From assembly GCF_008831285.2 (NCBI RefSeq), contig NC_045138.2, positions 39,184,001-39,248,000 on the forward strand: a stretch of DNA of 64,000 nt, written 5' to 3'. A program made the position numbers and the translations under genes. The notes under the pieces were generated by a model. It saw only the letters and a list, made by a program, of their open reading frames with translations, had not been told where the DNA came from and made no database searches. The DNA comes from Nymphaea colorata. Lineage: Eukaryota. Positions 17,287 through 29,209 of the stretch are shown here, piece after piece. Position 1 is the first letter of the stretch, and each line of letters begins with the position of its first letter.

Positions 17287-19329
17287 AGTCATTACTAATT
17301 ACTCTAACATTGATGATTAGCTTTCTGATAATCAGTGTTTTACCAAACTTGTAACAGTTTAAATATATAATAGTGAAAGAAGATCCAGTTTAGAGCCGTG
17401 ATCACCATACAAAACCAAGCTACCAGCTAAAGCTCAACTATAACGTTCTCTATAAGCCAAAGGATGGAAGAACAACAGTGACGGTTATCAACTTTAGTGT
17501 GCTGCTAATATGTGGGTAAAAATACTAAAATTGATTGGGCTTTGCCTTTCATTTTCCCCTCTAGATATTAATTAGCATTGAGTTTGTTGTACCTCCACCC
17601 GCCAATTATATAAATGTTAAAAGAATAAAATGGAAAAAGTAAGGTGCATATTAAAAATATTAAAAATTAAACAACTGAGAGCGCACGGCATCTTTGTATA
17701 AGCCAGTATTGAAAATACGGAAGACATTTTTTTTTGTTCATAGAAAAGTCTGTGTTTGGTAGAGAAATGCATAATTGAAGTGGTGACTGTGACCTTTCAG
17801 ACCTGAAAGGCTACAATCTCTGGTGGGCACATAACATTTGTTGCCAAAAACTCGTTGAATTCAATACATTAGCAGTCATGTTGCATTGATTATGGAACAA
17901 CTAAGTATAAGAATCAACTAAAGCATGGGAACAACATATTGAAAGCATTGCATAAAATTTTTTGGGTAATGCCCCGTGTGCGAGGAAGGACATGAACTAT
18001 GAAGGTAAATTGTGTCGAAAATTTCAAGATATTTTTACAGGTTTATATATTCGTATATCATACATATTTTTACACTCAAGTCAAGAGAACTTGGTATAGA
18101 ATCTTTTACTGTAGTTTTTAACATGTTCTTTACTTAAACTTATGTTCTTTTAATTGATGCAGTATAAGAACTCTGTTCAATTGGGCAAATTTCAAGATCA
18201 AAAGGTATAACGCCAAAAACTTGATGGCACAAATCGAGTCTCTTTTTTTTTTTTATATATAAAAAAAAGGAAGTTTATAATGATATTGAGCACGTCTCAC
18301 ACATCAGGTGTTCCAGGTAAACAAAAGAACATTTAAAAAGTGTGTGCCTGTTAGGTGCGAGGATCTATCCAGTACATACACCGTGTTTGGTATGTTTAAA
18401 TAGGAGTTGTACATGGATTGGCAACCTAAACTGAACCGAGAACTGTATGATTTGTGCTTGATTCTGAATGATCATCAATTCACCAATACGGCTTCAACTT
18501 AAAGTAAAAGATTCACAGCCGCAAGTATTTACAAGCCTCGTGCAATTGCATTTCCCCCCGTTCCTGAACGTTATTAGGCTCATCCCTTTTGTAGATTTCC
18601 TTGAATTTTCCCATGTTTTCATGTCCCAAGGCTCTGTTTGGTTGCTGGCAAGTATGAATTTGGAAAAGTTAGCGCCACTAAATCCTGGATTCGGATCAGC
18701 CACCACATGAACATTACTACTCCAAGGCAGTTCTTGCAAGATTTCTACCAATATTTATAGAGATAAATGTTGCTAAAAGATCTTCATAACATCGATGTCT
18801 AATCTCTAGTTGTTGGTTCGATTCTCATTAATATCAATTGCATCGACTCATCCGTTCTTTGACCTTGGAGGCAAAGAAAAAGAAAAGGGAAGGGAACTTT
18901 AGGTTCTCTCTCCTACATCGCCCTCATCGCCTAAATAAGCGTTTGAAAAGTGAACCGATGTCTCGATTGCAAGGCTTTTTGGGAAAGTATACGACCGAAT
19001 GGATAAGCATTGACAGCAAAAGCAAGGAAAATGTGATTACCAAAAGGGCCCTGAATGAATCGTTTTAATATAGTTCCCCTTAATCGATATGCATTCAACT
19101 TCCACCCTTCATCTCACTCCTAATATGATCGCCATCTTTACATATGAGCTTATAAATAAAAGTCCCTTGAATGTTGATAAAGTAACTTGAATCAACAATT
19201 TTAGTTAAAGCAATTTGAATCAAAGCATGTTTTGTTTATATCGAAATAGTAAAAGTTTATATTTTATTTAAAATGATTTTTAAATCAAAATCAACGGGTC
19301 TGTTTTTTATTCATGATCTTTGTGTTTGG

Positions 19330-19344
19330 TATATATATATATAT

Positions 19345-19381
<37 letters not shown>
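19330..19381. repeat. Compound (TA)n/(GA)n microsatellite 3' of ERF061
   Basis: Read directly from the sequence. Confidence 0.9.
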
Positions 19382-19383
<2 letters not shown>

Positions 19384-19501
19384 TGGTCGTCTTAAAAAGG
19401 AAAGGCTTTGCACTTCCCACGTTTGAAGGGACAGAACACAACGATTTTACTATATGTACGGACAAAAGGGGAAAAGATTGACACGATGCTGATCTAACAG
19501 A

Positions 19502-20368
19502 CTAACTGGCCAGTAGCTCCCAGAGATCAGGGTCAAGCGACGGCATCCTCTCCAGCAAGCAACAGTCCAGCTCGGGCAGAAATTCCGGCGATCCGAGCCA
19601 CTGAACCTCGGTCTCCGGCGACACTTCCGGCGATGCTTCTGGGACAGTTTCCCTTTCGGCGCCGTTGCCTTCGGAAGATGACGAGGATGAGGACGAGAGA
19701 GACGGCGAGGGGGAGGGCGAGGGCGCGGGCGCCTGTTGGCGCTTTTGTCTCCGAAGCCTCTGGCAGACGGCCTGGAGCTTGGCGTCCACGGAGGAGGTTA
19801 GAGCGCTCAGGCGAGCGCCGCCGGGGGAGGACCCCGCCTGGAAAATGTCCCTGAGGTTGGGGAAGTTGAGGCGCGCGTACTCGCCGCGGAGCTTATAGGC
19901 GGCGCGGTCGTAGGCGTAGGCGGCCGCCTCAGCCGTGTCGTAGGTACCGAGCCAGACGCGCATCCGGTTCTGTGGCAGGCGGATCTCCGCCACCCACTTC
20001 CCCCAGTGCCTCTGCCTCACCCCTCTGTAGAGCTTCTTCGTCATCTTGAACGCCGGAAACGACGACGACGTTGCCGAGGACGCGCCCTTTCCCACCCCAA
20101 GCAGATGCCGTCTCCGGCCGGACTCCCGGAACCGCTTCAGCTGCTCTTGCTGGTGCAGGTAAACGGACGATCCCAGCGGCTCAGGCACGGGAGCAAACCG
20201 GGTCTCGGCAGGGAATCGGGAAGAAAAAACCGAGTCGAGGGCGCTAGGTCCGCCTGACAGAAGGATATCTGAAAGAGAAGCCCCCGCCGGATTGGCATGT
20301 ACGTCGGAGTGCCTGACCCCGGTAAAGGGGAGTGAACGACCACTATAAAGAGCTCCAGCCATGGACAT
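19502..20368 (-). CDS. ERF061: AP2/ERF transcription factor, DREB A-6 subgroup, ERF061-like (intronless, 288 aa)
   Basis: AP2 domain [60 protein letters not shown]-terminal motifs [20 protein letters not shown] and LGSSVYL and C-terminal [16 protein letters not shown] are what I recognise from ERF061 orthologues. Confidence 0.93.
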   Translation of the reverse strand: MSMAGALYSGRSLPFTGVRHSDVHANPAGASLSDILLSGGPSALDSVFSSRFPAETRFAPVPEPLGSSVYLHQQEQLKRFRESGRRRHLLGVGKGASSATSSSFPAFKMTKKLYRGVRQRHWGKWVAEIRLPQNRMRVWLGTYDTAEAAAYAYDRAAYKLRGEYARLNFPNLRDIFQAGSSPGGARLSALTSSVDAKLQAVCQRLRRQKRQQAPAPSPSPSPSLSSSSSSSSEGNGAERETVPEASPEVSPETEVQWLGSPEFLPELDCCLLERMPSLDPDLWELLAS

Positions 20369-20974
20369 GTGAACCAGTTGGGATCGACGGGACGATGGGA
20401 ATTTCCGGTCCTTTACCAGAAATTCTCAAGGAAACAAGGTTCTGGCAGAAAAGAACAAAAATACTATCTCTCAGACTATAACAGGGGAACTGGTAATTTG
20501 AAGAGTGATAATGAAGCCGGAACTGATGAATTCTACCATGTGAGAGTTTCAACCTAGAAAGAATTTTTGGGAACGAATTCTCAAATTAGAACAATTCAAG
20601 TATCCCCTTGAACAATGTAAAAAAGTCCCAAGAAAGCAGAAGAAGAGAAGAGCTGATCACTGAGCTAAAAGAAGCAAGGAGGGGGAACTTCAAAAGGAGA
20701 CGCAGCAGAGGATGAAAAGGGGTTTCTCTCGCCGTTAACTAAAGTTATAGCGAGACCAGACTCGAAACTCCTTGAAGCAAAAGACCGAGGCAAAACTGAA
20801 GCCGGAAACGGTACTCCCCAAGGAAAGCTAGAGCCTAAATTAGGAAACGGAACACGAGAATTTTCCGGTGACTTAATGACCGGAGCTGTGGTCTTCCGAG
20901 GGTGTGTGACTGAGAGAAATGGGTGTCGAAGACTACAAACGGAGTTCTATTCCTTTTGCGTCTCTGCTTCTTGT

Positions 20975-20983
20975 AATTTATAG
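20975..20983 (-). promoter_or_regulatory. Putative TATA box of ERF061
   Basis: CTATAAATT on the minus strand, followed by a pyrimidine-rich leader about 600 bp upstream of the ATG. Confidence 0.45.
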
Positions 20984-23419
20984 GGAAGCCATGGGGCTGA
21001 CCTTCTCTCTTCCACTCTTTCCCTTTTTCTCTCTCTGCATTTACGGTGAGACCAGTGGAGTAGGGCCGTCGACGTTGACCGGTGGATCATGGGACGCGAT
21101 TTGCTAGCTGCAGATAATCTGACTGTTCACACTGAAATTATCGGCTTGCCCTTCCCTGGTCAATCGGCCAAACACTCAACTCCTTTTTAATCCTCCAACG
21201 CTCTAAATTACGCGTAACTCTTTCCCGACATGCAGCGGACAAGCAAACACTGAATAAATCATCTCATGGAAGTATGATTTGGCTAAACTGGGGCTAGCTA
21301 GACTTCTCCTCTCATTCTTTAGACCATCCTCATGTTTCATTGTATCGATAATTTTTTTTTTATTTTTTTACATTAAAATAAAAAATTATTTTCGTGGAAC
21401 CAAATGACAAGTTCAGGGTTTGCTTCACCATGGCACAACCTTTTAACCTTCTAATCAGGTAAAAAAAAAAAATTCTCAGTTTAGCATCGTTAGTTAGCCT
21501 GGTGAAATCTGTTGTCTTTAGTTTGATTCTCGTGGACGTTATGTTTTTGTATTAATGAGATGAAAGTACTGTATTAATGGGATCAAATAGGTCTCTCACT
21601 ACCTTGTAAGGACATAAATGTATATACCTTCATGGAAACCATACCCACTAAGCATTAATGCAACTCTCTTTCCCTCCCTCAACTAAGCAAATCACACATG
21701 CAAACAACGAACCAAAAAAAGTTTCATTAATATCTCCCTTCATTAATGGCTTACACTGTTTGCAGTACAAATTTCAATCAATATTTTCATTGTTTATCCA
21801 AATAAAAGCGTCACTGGCGTCCAACATTACATTTTGCTCTAAATGATAACACGTGAATGCTGCTATTATGAAAGGGGTTCTTGATATCATAAGTAAAGAA
21901 ACTTGGTTAGTTGTCTAACAAAAGCAAAGGGGACCAACCTCTAGCTATTGATTGTTGTGGTGTTCTTGAGTCGTTTCATTTTCACTATTCCTCAATAACT
22001 ATTGTTACCATTTATGGCTACCTAGTAGAAAGGAGCCTCCCTCCTATAGGCAGGATCTTCCCAACTTTTATAAGCCAAAAGGCCCATTAATCTTCATTGC
22101 ACAGGACATATCTAAGTTGGACCATGGAGATAGGATTCAATACATCAACTTCTTGTATGTGCAGATGATGAGATCAAACTTTTGTGTTTCTTTTAAGTTA
22201 AAAGAAAAAAAAATTGTACTTGGGTCGAAAGACTTTGCCACTTACCGACAGTGTAGAATCCTCACGTGTTCAAACAAGTTGAACCAATGACTGGACTTAT
22301 ATCGGCCAGTGCCCCAACTAACTACATCAAAAGCTTTAGCTTCGAGTTCAAACCTAATTATCAGCAAACTTAGTTTTTTTTCCAATTTTACTTTTTTTGT
22401 AAAAGCCTCAAGAGATATAGCATAACTAGTTAGGCTAGCAGTCGACATAAGTTTCCTTGCGGATTTGAGTTTTGAATTGGATTACTTTAAATAAGTAGAA
22501 TATAGTTAAAAAAAAAAAATGTCTCACTTAAAATTGGACCAAATTCATTTATAACAAACCAACGTCAAATCAAATTCGGGTCGCCGAATTTTACCTTTAT
22601 AAATTGGGTGGGGATTCGGGATTTTGTTTTCCGGTGTCTAATCTAACACACGAGAGGTCAAAGGCGGGGAGAGTGAGAGGGAAGCACGGAAGGGCATTCA
22701 GGGAAAGTCCGATGAAGAAGCAGCTTCGTGGTGTCTCCCTGGGCCCCACCTTCCGCGGGAAAAAGTCACAAAAGCCACTTTTTGAATTAATTGCGGGCAC
22801 TGTTTTTTGTGGCATTTCCGCATCGCCTCCGTGGGTACGTGTCGCAAAATTGATGGACTAAACGGTCAAACCTTTCCAGCAAAAGTCTAAAAAGGACTCG
22901 TTTGTCGTCTTCCCCTCTGGGACACCTCATCGCATCCTCAGGCAGAGCCGGGTCCGCCCCTGATCGGACCTGGATCCAATGTGCAAAACAGGTTTGGATC
23001 TCCTTGGGTCCACTAGTTTTTAGTCCGTCTTGGAGCAGTGGCGGACTCCGACTTACAAAGTTTAAGCCGTGAGCACTGATCTATCTTATTATTGTAATGG
23101 ATTGTGTGCGTATAAAACGCTAAAGCATTGGCTTCATCCTGAGTCAATCATTATATAACTTGTAGAGGTTTACACACCAGTCCCATGATAATTCCGCTAC
23201 TGTCCTGGAGTTATACCTTGGGAGATGGATTAGTTTGTCTCCCTGGTAGTTCACCATATGGTTTTGGATCAGATTTCATGTTGGAAGAGAGTTGACTTTG
23301 ATTTTGTGACATTAAACCGAAGCAAAAAGTATCGAAATTCAAATCATATCTAAGTACAAACCTAAGTCCGGATCTAATCAGTGAGCAGTGATTGAAAGCT
23401 TTTCTACAAAAGCCTGCCG

Positions 23420-23420
<1 letters not shown>

Positions 23421-23461
<41 letters not shown>
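23421..23461. repeat. (TA)n microsatellite
   Basis: Read directly from the sequence. Confidence 0.95.
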
Positions 23462-23464
<3 letters not shown>

Positions 23465-26400
23465 CACGGTCATAGCCTCAGCTCTACCCCTACTTTAAGT
23501 GGCCCTTCTTTCTAGTTATAATTCATTATTAACAAATTGTGAGGGAGTCATAAATGGATATGCCTTTCACCAATTTGCCTCTTTGTGCAGATTCATGAAA
23601 TATTGAGTTACTGTTTTATTAATTATTTTAAAGATGGAGGCAAATTTATGTAACACTCACACGGTATTCTTCAGATGACCTTTATAAAAAAAAGGTTTGT
23701 CTACGACTTAGACTGCATGCCGACCTGCTTTTACATTAGACTTTGATCATGCGTGCAAGCTCGCAAACGTGTGTACAGATGTGTGCAAGTTGTATATATA
23801 TAAGCATGTGCATGCATGTGTGCATGTGTAGGCACTTGTATTTCGACCCGCCACCGCTGCCGGTGTGCCACCTAGTGAGGCCCATGGATAGAAACAGCAG
23901 CTTATATGCATGTGCAGCAGGACCTATTCAAAGAAAGTGTTTGAGTAACCATATAATTAGTCCCGTCAGTGTTTTACTTTGTGTTTGAAAAATTTAAGAT
24001 TTTTGAAAAGATCAAGTATTTCTGAATAAAAAATTTCTAGCTCCGCCACTGCTAATATCCACTATCGAACCTCAAAAACCATTACAACGCAGTTGGTTTG
24101 AGCACATAGAATAAGCTCACACATAGATATGGGGGGGCTAGGTCCATACACTAGGTCAAAAAAGCGACGGCAATATAAATGGTTCATTTGTATCTAGATC
24201 TAGGTCCATGTTCCGCGGGTCCGCAATGGATGTTGCCTTAAGCCAGGGAATGCTGACCTCGCCTTCCGGGAATGTCTCAGGGAATGTGGAACTGGACCAC
24301 GGTAAGTGAAGCCTTAATGGGCACCCACAGTGGGCATTGGGGGGCTATTAAATTGCTTGTGGGGTGGGCTGGAGGGCTGGGCCTGGATATGAGAGGTTGC
24401 CTTCAAGAGTTAGTCAACTATATTGAATGCATAGGTAAGGGGATCACATGGGCACACCATATGAGCCCATGCATCCGCCCTACAAGAGGAAGAGGGCCCT
24501 CTCTTTCACCAGAGACCACACCTGTACTTAAATTCCGCGACGTAGAGCTTTCCGGGTTCTGAGGGCGCACTATGTGTCAAGTTGCTAATCGTCAGTTTTC
24601 GTTTTTGTTTTTTCTATGACCACATGTTTTTGGTACGTTTTGATTGGTAAACATGAGACATTTCGGGGGCATACGACAACAAGAATACTAACACACTGTT
24701 TCATGATATGTTCTAGAGATTGAGTATATTCATGGAATACTGTGTTCTCGCACACAAATTTATTGGAGTTTTTAGAATAAAAAAACATAGAACCTTGTGT
24801 TACTATTGCCAAACAACGCGAACTGTTTCTGGTTTTAGTCTCATTAATAGTAGGGGTTATTGGTTGGCCTTAGCAAGGTGATATATTATATATATATACT
24901 GTTACTATATGAGCGAAGTCATTGTATCTCTTTTACTTAGTTGGCTTGTCATGTGATGTGTATTTTGTCTGGGGTGAGATGGAGTGAGTAACTTTTGGAT
25001 GTGAACAGTTCATATGAATGCCCATCTATTGCCATAAATGTTGAGAGAGAAGGAGGGAGAGAGAAGAGTAGTAAGTTAGAGCTTGGTAGACAGTAGACCA
25101 TATAAAAATTATGTCGTAGAGATGTCTTTTTGTACTAAAACCTTTACCCAGCTAGTTAACGTGACAGTAATGGATGCTTAATGAGTTTTACTCAAAATTT
25201 AGATTTCAACTCAGTCAAATGCCAATATGAAAGTGCCAACGAAATCGAAAGATGCATTCACCAGGACAAATCATCACTAGTTTTGTGATAAAAAGGAAAC
25301 AGAAAAGAGAGAGAAAGAGAAAAAGAAAGTTATATTGAGGGGCATGACATAACTGGTCGGCATGAAGTGTTATAATTTTGATTTTTGTAGGTATTATTTT
25401 TTTAAATTGTAAAAAAATATACAAGTTGAAAGATGTACCTTAAACTACATAAGTTTCGAAACACCTCTCAACTTTTGAAGACATGAAAAAGAGTGGCTTC
25501 GTGCAATAAAGAAGGAAAAGAAGAAAAAACGGCAAACGCGGGTAGAGTCATATAAAAGTAAAAAGGCAAATTATGATTAGCGTCCTGGATTTAGAACATT
25601 TACAAAAGAGACTGTTCGCAAGTGGGCTGGTTGTGTTACTTTTCCCAAAACGTCGCTTTTTCCTTTTCCTACAAATGATTGAACGGCACGGTTGAAGATC
25701 ACCTTGCTTGCTTGGTGGCTCTAGTTACGGAAAATGATTGAGTTCTACGGGCAAGAAATTTGGTCAAATCTTCCAAGATCTACAGCGGCTAAATGAAATT
25801 TTACAACATAATAGGCACTTATGCGTAAATTACACAGATAATATCTTTTGGACCCTTCAACATTGTCAGTATATATATATATTGGCCAATTGAAATTGCT
25901 GATCTGTGTGCTAATAGGGGCTCAGTCTATTTGCTACCTGGAAGCAAAATGTATCCTTCAAATTCATCCCTCCCTTACAATTATATGGAGTATTCGTTCC
26001 ACGCTATCGCTATTAGCAAGTCAATTTCATGGATTTCCGAGTGTCCGATGCAAAGATCTGTCACTGTTCATCCTCTAACGGACATTAACATGTCTTTTGC
26101 TACAGCAACTTACTTTCTTTTTGTAAGGTTCTTTGGCTGCCCTACCAGCCTTTCTTGTTTCATCAATCCTGAGGTTCTGTAAATGTTTCTTCTGTCGATT
26201 TACATCTGAATTTCATGAATTAAGAAGGGTTTGCAAACTCATCTTCAAACGTTGCTTCGTTGTTTTGAAATTAATGGTCGAATGTCATCTGCGGCTTAGC
26301 ATTAGCATAGCTGGTCGAATGAGCGAATGGTAAAAAATCAGTCTCTAGTTCGATTTCCGTCAGCGTTGACTCGACTCGCTACCAAAGTTAACGCACCCTT

Positions 26401-29046
26401 AAACCTTAGGGACAAGGAGAAACAAAATCCTTGGGGTCTTAAATCTGTGGGTTTTAAGAATCTATCGATTTAACCTGGCATGGTTTTGTCGACGCTCTAA
26501 AAATTTCAACATCAAAATTGACATCAACAAATCAAAGGATCTGATCTAAGGTCTATAGCCGACATAGGCGATCCAGCTATTAAATTACATCAGATCCTCA
26601 AATTCAATGTAGCGGCTTGACAATTTCGCAGTTATGATATTGAAAGGAAATCGTCAGATTCTCACAACATATTCCGTGAACAATATATATGTACTCCAAA
26701 TTAGCTTCTATTTTCAGGCTTAATTATCTGTTATTATAAATTATAATTTTTTTATTATTCATTGTTACTGACGTCAATTATTTGCTGGAGAGGGCAGATA
26801 TCGTGAATCTGGTTCCGTTTGTGGCAGGAACTCGGCGTTCCGGACATACGGCAGACACATGTGGCACGTGGGCTGCACGCAAACTGCACCAAACTTGGTG
26901 TTTCGTGTTTGGTTGAGTGTCTTTCCAAAATAGTGCGACGCTACAGAACTCAAACACACGGGCACGACGTGGACTTGTTTTCTGCCTTTTTTTTTTGTAC
27001 AATAATTTATGTTTTTTTTGAACATAAACAGAGAATAATTCTTTTGGTATATTTTATTTCTTTTTGTTTAATAACTTATATTTTATGAACGTAAATAACA
27101 ACTATTACTTAAACTTTACCATCCGTTTCTTTTTTTCTCTCATATATATATATATATAGTCTGTCAATATTGACTCTTAAATATATGTATATTAAGAGAC
27201 ACCAAACTAGCTACATATGTAAATAGTGAATATATATATATACTCTTAAATATATGTATATTAGGAGACATCATGCTAGCAATAAAGTCCATCCATTTCA
27301 TTGAACAGCTCAGATCCCGACATAGTTTATTTTTGAATGGTGGTGGAAAAAGAACGAAGGGTTCCTCCACAAGCTTCATGGTGCCCTGCCGTTGACCGGT
27401 GTCGCCTGACTTCACATGCCCCGCCTGACATTGCCATTGAACACCATTGTTTTTTATGTTAAAAAGGTTAAAATAAAAAACCCAATTTTTTCATTTTTGT
27501 TGTGATTTGTTCTTAATATTTTACATTATTTTTGCTTTAAAATTTGAATCTTAAGCTAAACTATTTATCTTCACTTTAATAATCACTAAACATTATTTTT
27601 ATCAAAATTTATCAAGTTATCATTTATGTATCCTTGTTAGTTTTCATCACTCATTTTACTTTTTCTTAAATTTTGAAGATTTGTTCTTTTCTAAAAAAAA
27701 AAATTTCTGAATGTTTTCCTAGATTTTCTCAACTTTGCCATAAAATACTTGATATTTGTAACTGTGGAAGTAACAGCTATTATGCAGCGTCGATCCATGA
27801 AAACGACTGTGCAGAAAGAAATATAGCAGTTATAAGTTTCAGGCTAAGCACCAGTGCATTTAAACGATAACTGGGGAAGAAGATATGAAGGGGAGAAAGG
27901 AAGAAGGAAGGAAGGTCGCCCAAGAGGCGACGTGGACGAAGGGCTGGGCTGCCGACAAGAGCTGTTCGCTGTCTTGTAGCAGTCAAGACATTAAAACCGT
28001 GATGCTTCGATTGACTACGACGCCTCTCTTAGAAATCTATAGCTCTCTCACTAAGACATGACAAATTAACAATCCAATTTATCTCTCTTCATTGAATGGA
28101 ATTAATAAAAATACAATCTCTTGTTACAAATCTATAGCTCTCACTGAGACGTAACAAATTCACTTTATCTTCCTCTTCATTAAATTAAATTACTAAAACA
28201 AATAAAAATACAATTACTTGCAAGGGAGTTTTTTTGTTTTTAAATAAATAAAATCTCCTTAACAAATTAAAGATTTCAGTTGGGGACTTTACAAACTTTG
28301 AATGAAAAATCACAGTTTTCTCTGATCCAAGATGGAAGGTAGAGTGCAAGATCCGATCCTAACCCAAAGATTGTAACACCACAAACTAGAAAAACATTTC
28401 ATATGATCAAACATGGCCCCAAAAGAATTGAAGGCAACATCTTTCTGAATTATAACTCACCTAAGATTCGATAAAATATAGTCGATCGAAATTGTATGAG
28501 GACGCGTGCACATCTAGATGCATATATATATATATATTGACACACAATAACTGCATGTACGTGTGGTAGTTGTGTTGGGGAATTCGAATCTTTGATATAC
28601 TTTATAACAAAAAATCAACAATCAAGTCACAAACAAACTCCAAAAGTTGTTTATCATGCAAACATTATGGTGCTTTTGGTAACAACTTATGGTGATTTTA
28701 GTGAAGGTTTAAGGCCTGTACGCATTAAACTGCAGGCTGATTTTCATTCTCCGATGTATAAGGTTTTACAATATATGTAGTAAGTAAAAGTGAATATAAA
28801 GACTAAGTGCAGTTGTCCAATCAAGTCACTGGGTGTCACATGTAAATATACATTTTTGAAAATATAGGTATCAACTACTTTTTAAAAAGGATTGATTTGA
28901 CATGTTATCTTGCAAATCATCAGCCAAACTAATCTCCATTCAAATCCAAACAGTGAAATCAACAGATTCTACGTACATACATATTATATATTATATTTAT
29001 ATGTGAACTTATACTTGTTAAAGCGCATAAGACAAGCTAAGATTAT

Positions 29047-29209
29047 GAGGACGTTTGACATTAGAAACAAGGTGTAAATGCTTCATAAATCTGCCTCAAA
29101 ATTGGGGTAAATTGATGAGACAATCGAATTTCTTATTAATCCTCCACCCCAATTTTAAGATAGATTCATAAAACATTCACATGTTGTTTTTAATATGAAG
29201 CGGTCCCTA
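29047..29209. mobile_element. Near-palindromic ~165-bp Tourist-like MITE
   Basis: Left half gaggacgtttgacattagaaacaaggtgtaaatgcttcataaatctgcctcaaaattggggt pairs imperfectly with right half accccaattttaagatagattcataaaacattcacatgttgtttttaatatgaagcggtccct. Confidence 0.65.

Noticed and set aside
23743..23990. Possible MIRNA precursor in the TGCATG-rich tract
   Set aside because: Low-complexity RY repeats; no conserved mature miRNA sequence or clean hairpin recognised.
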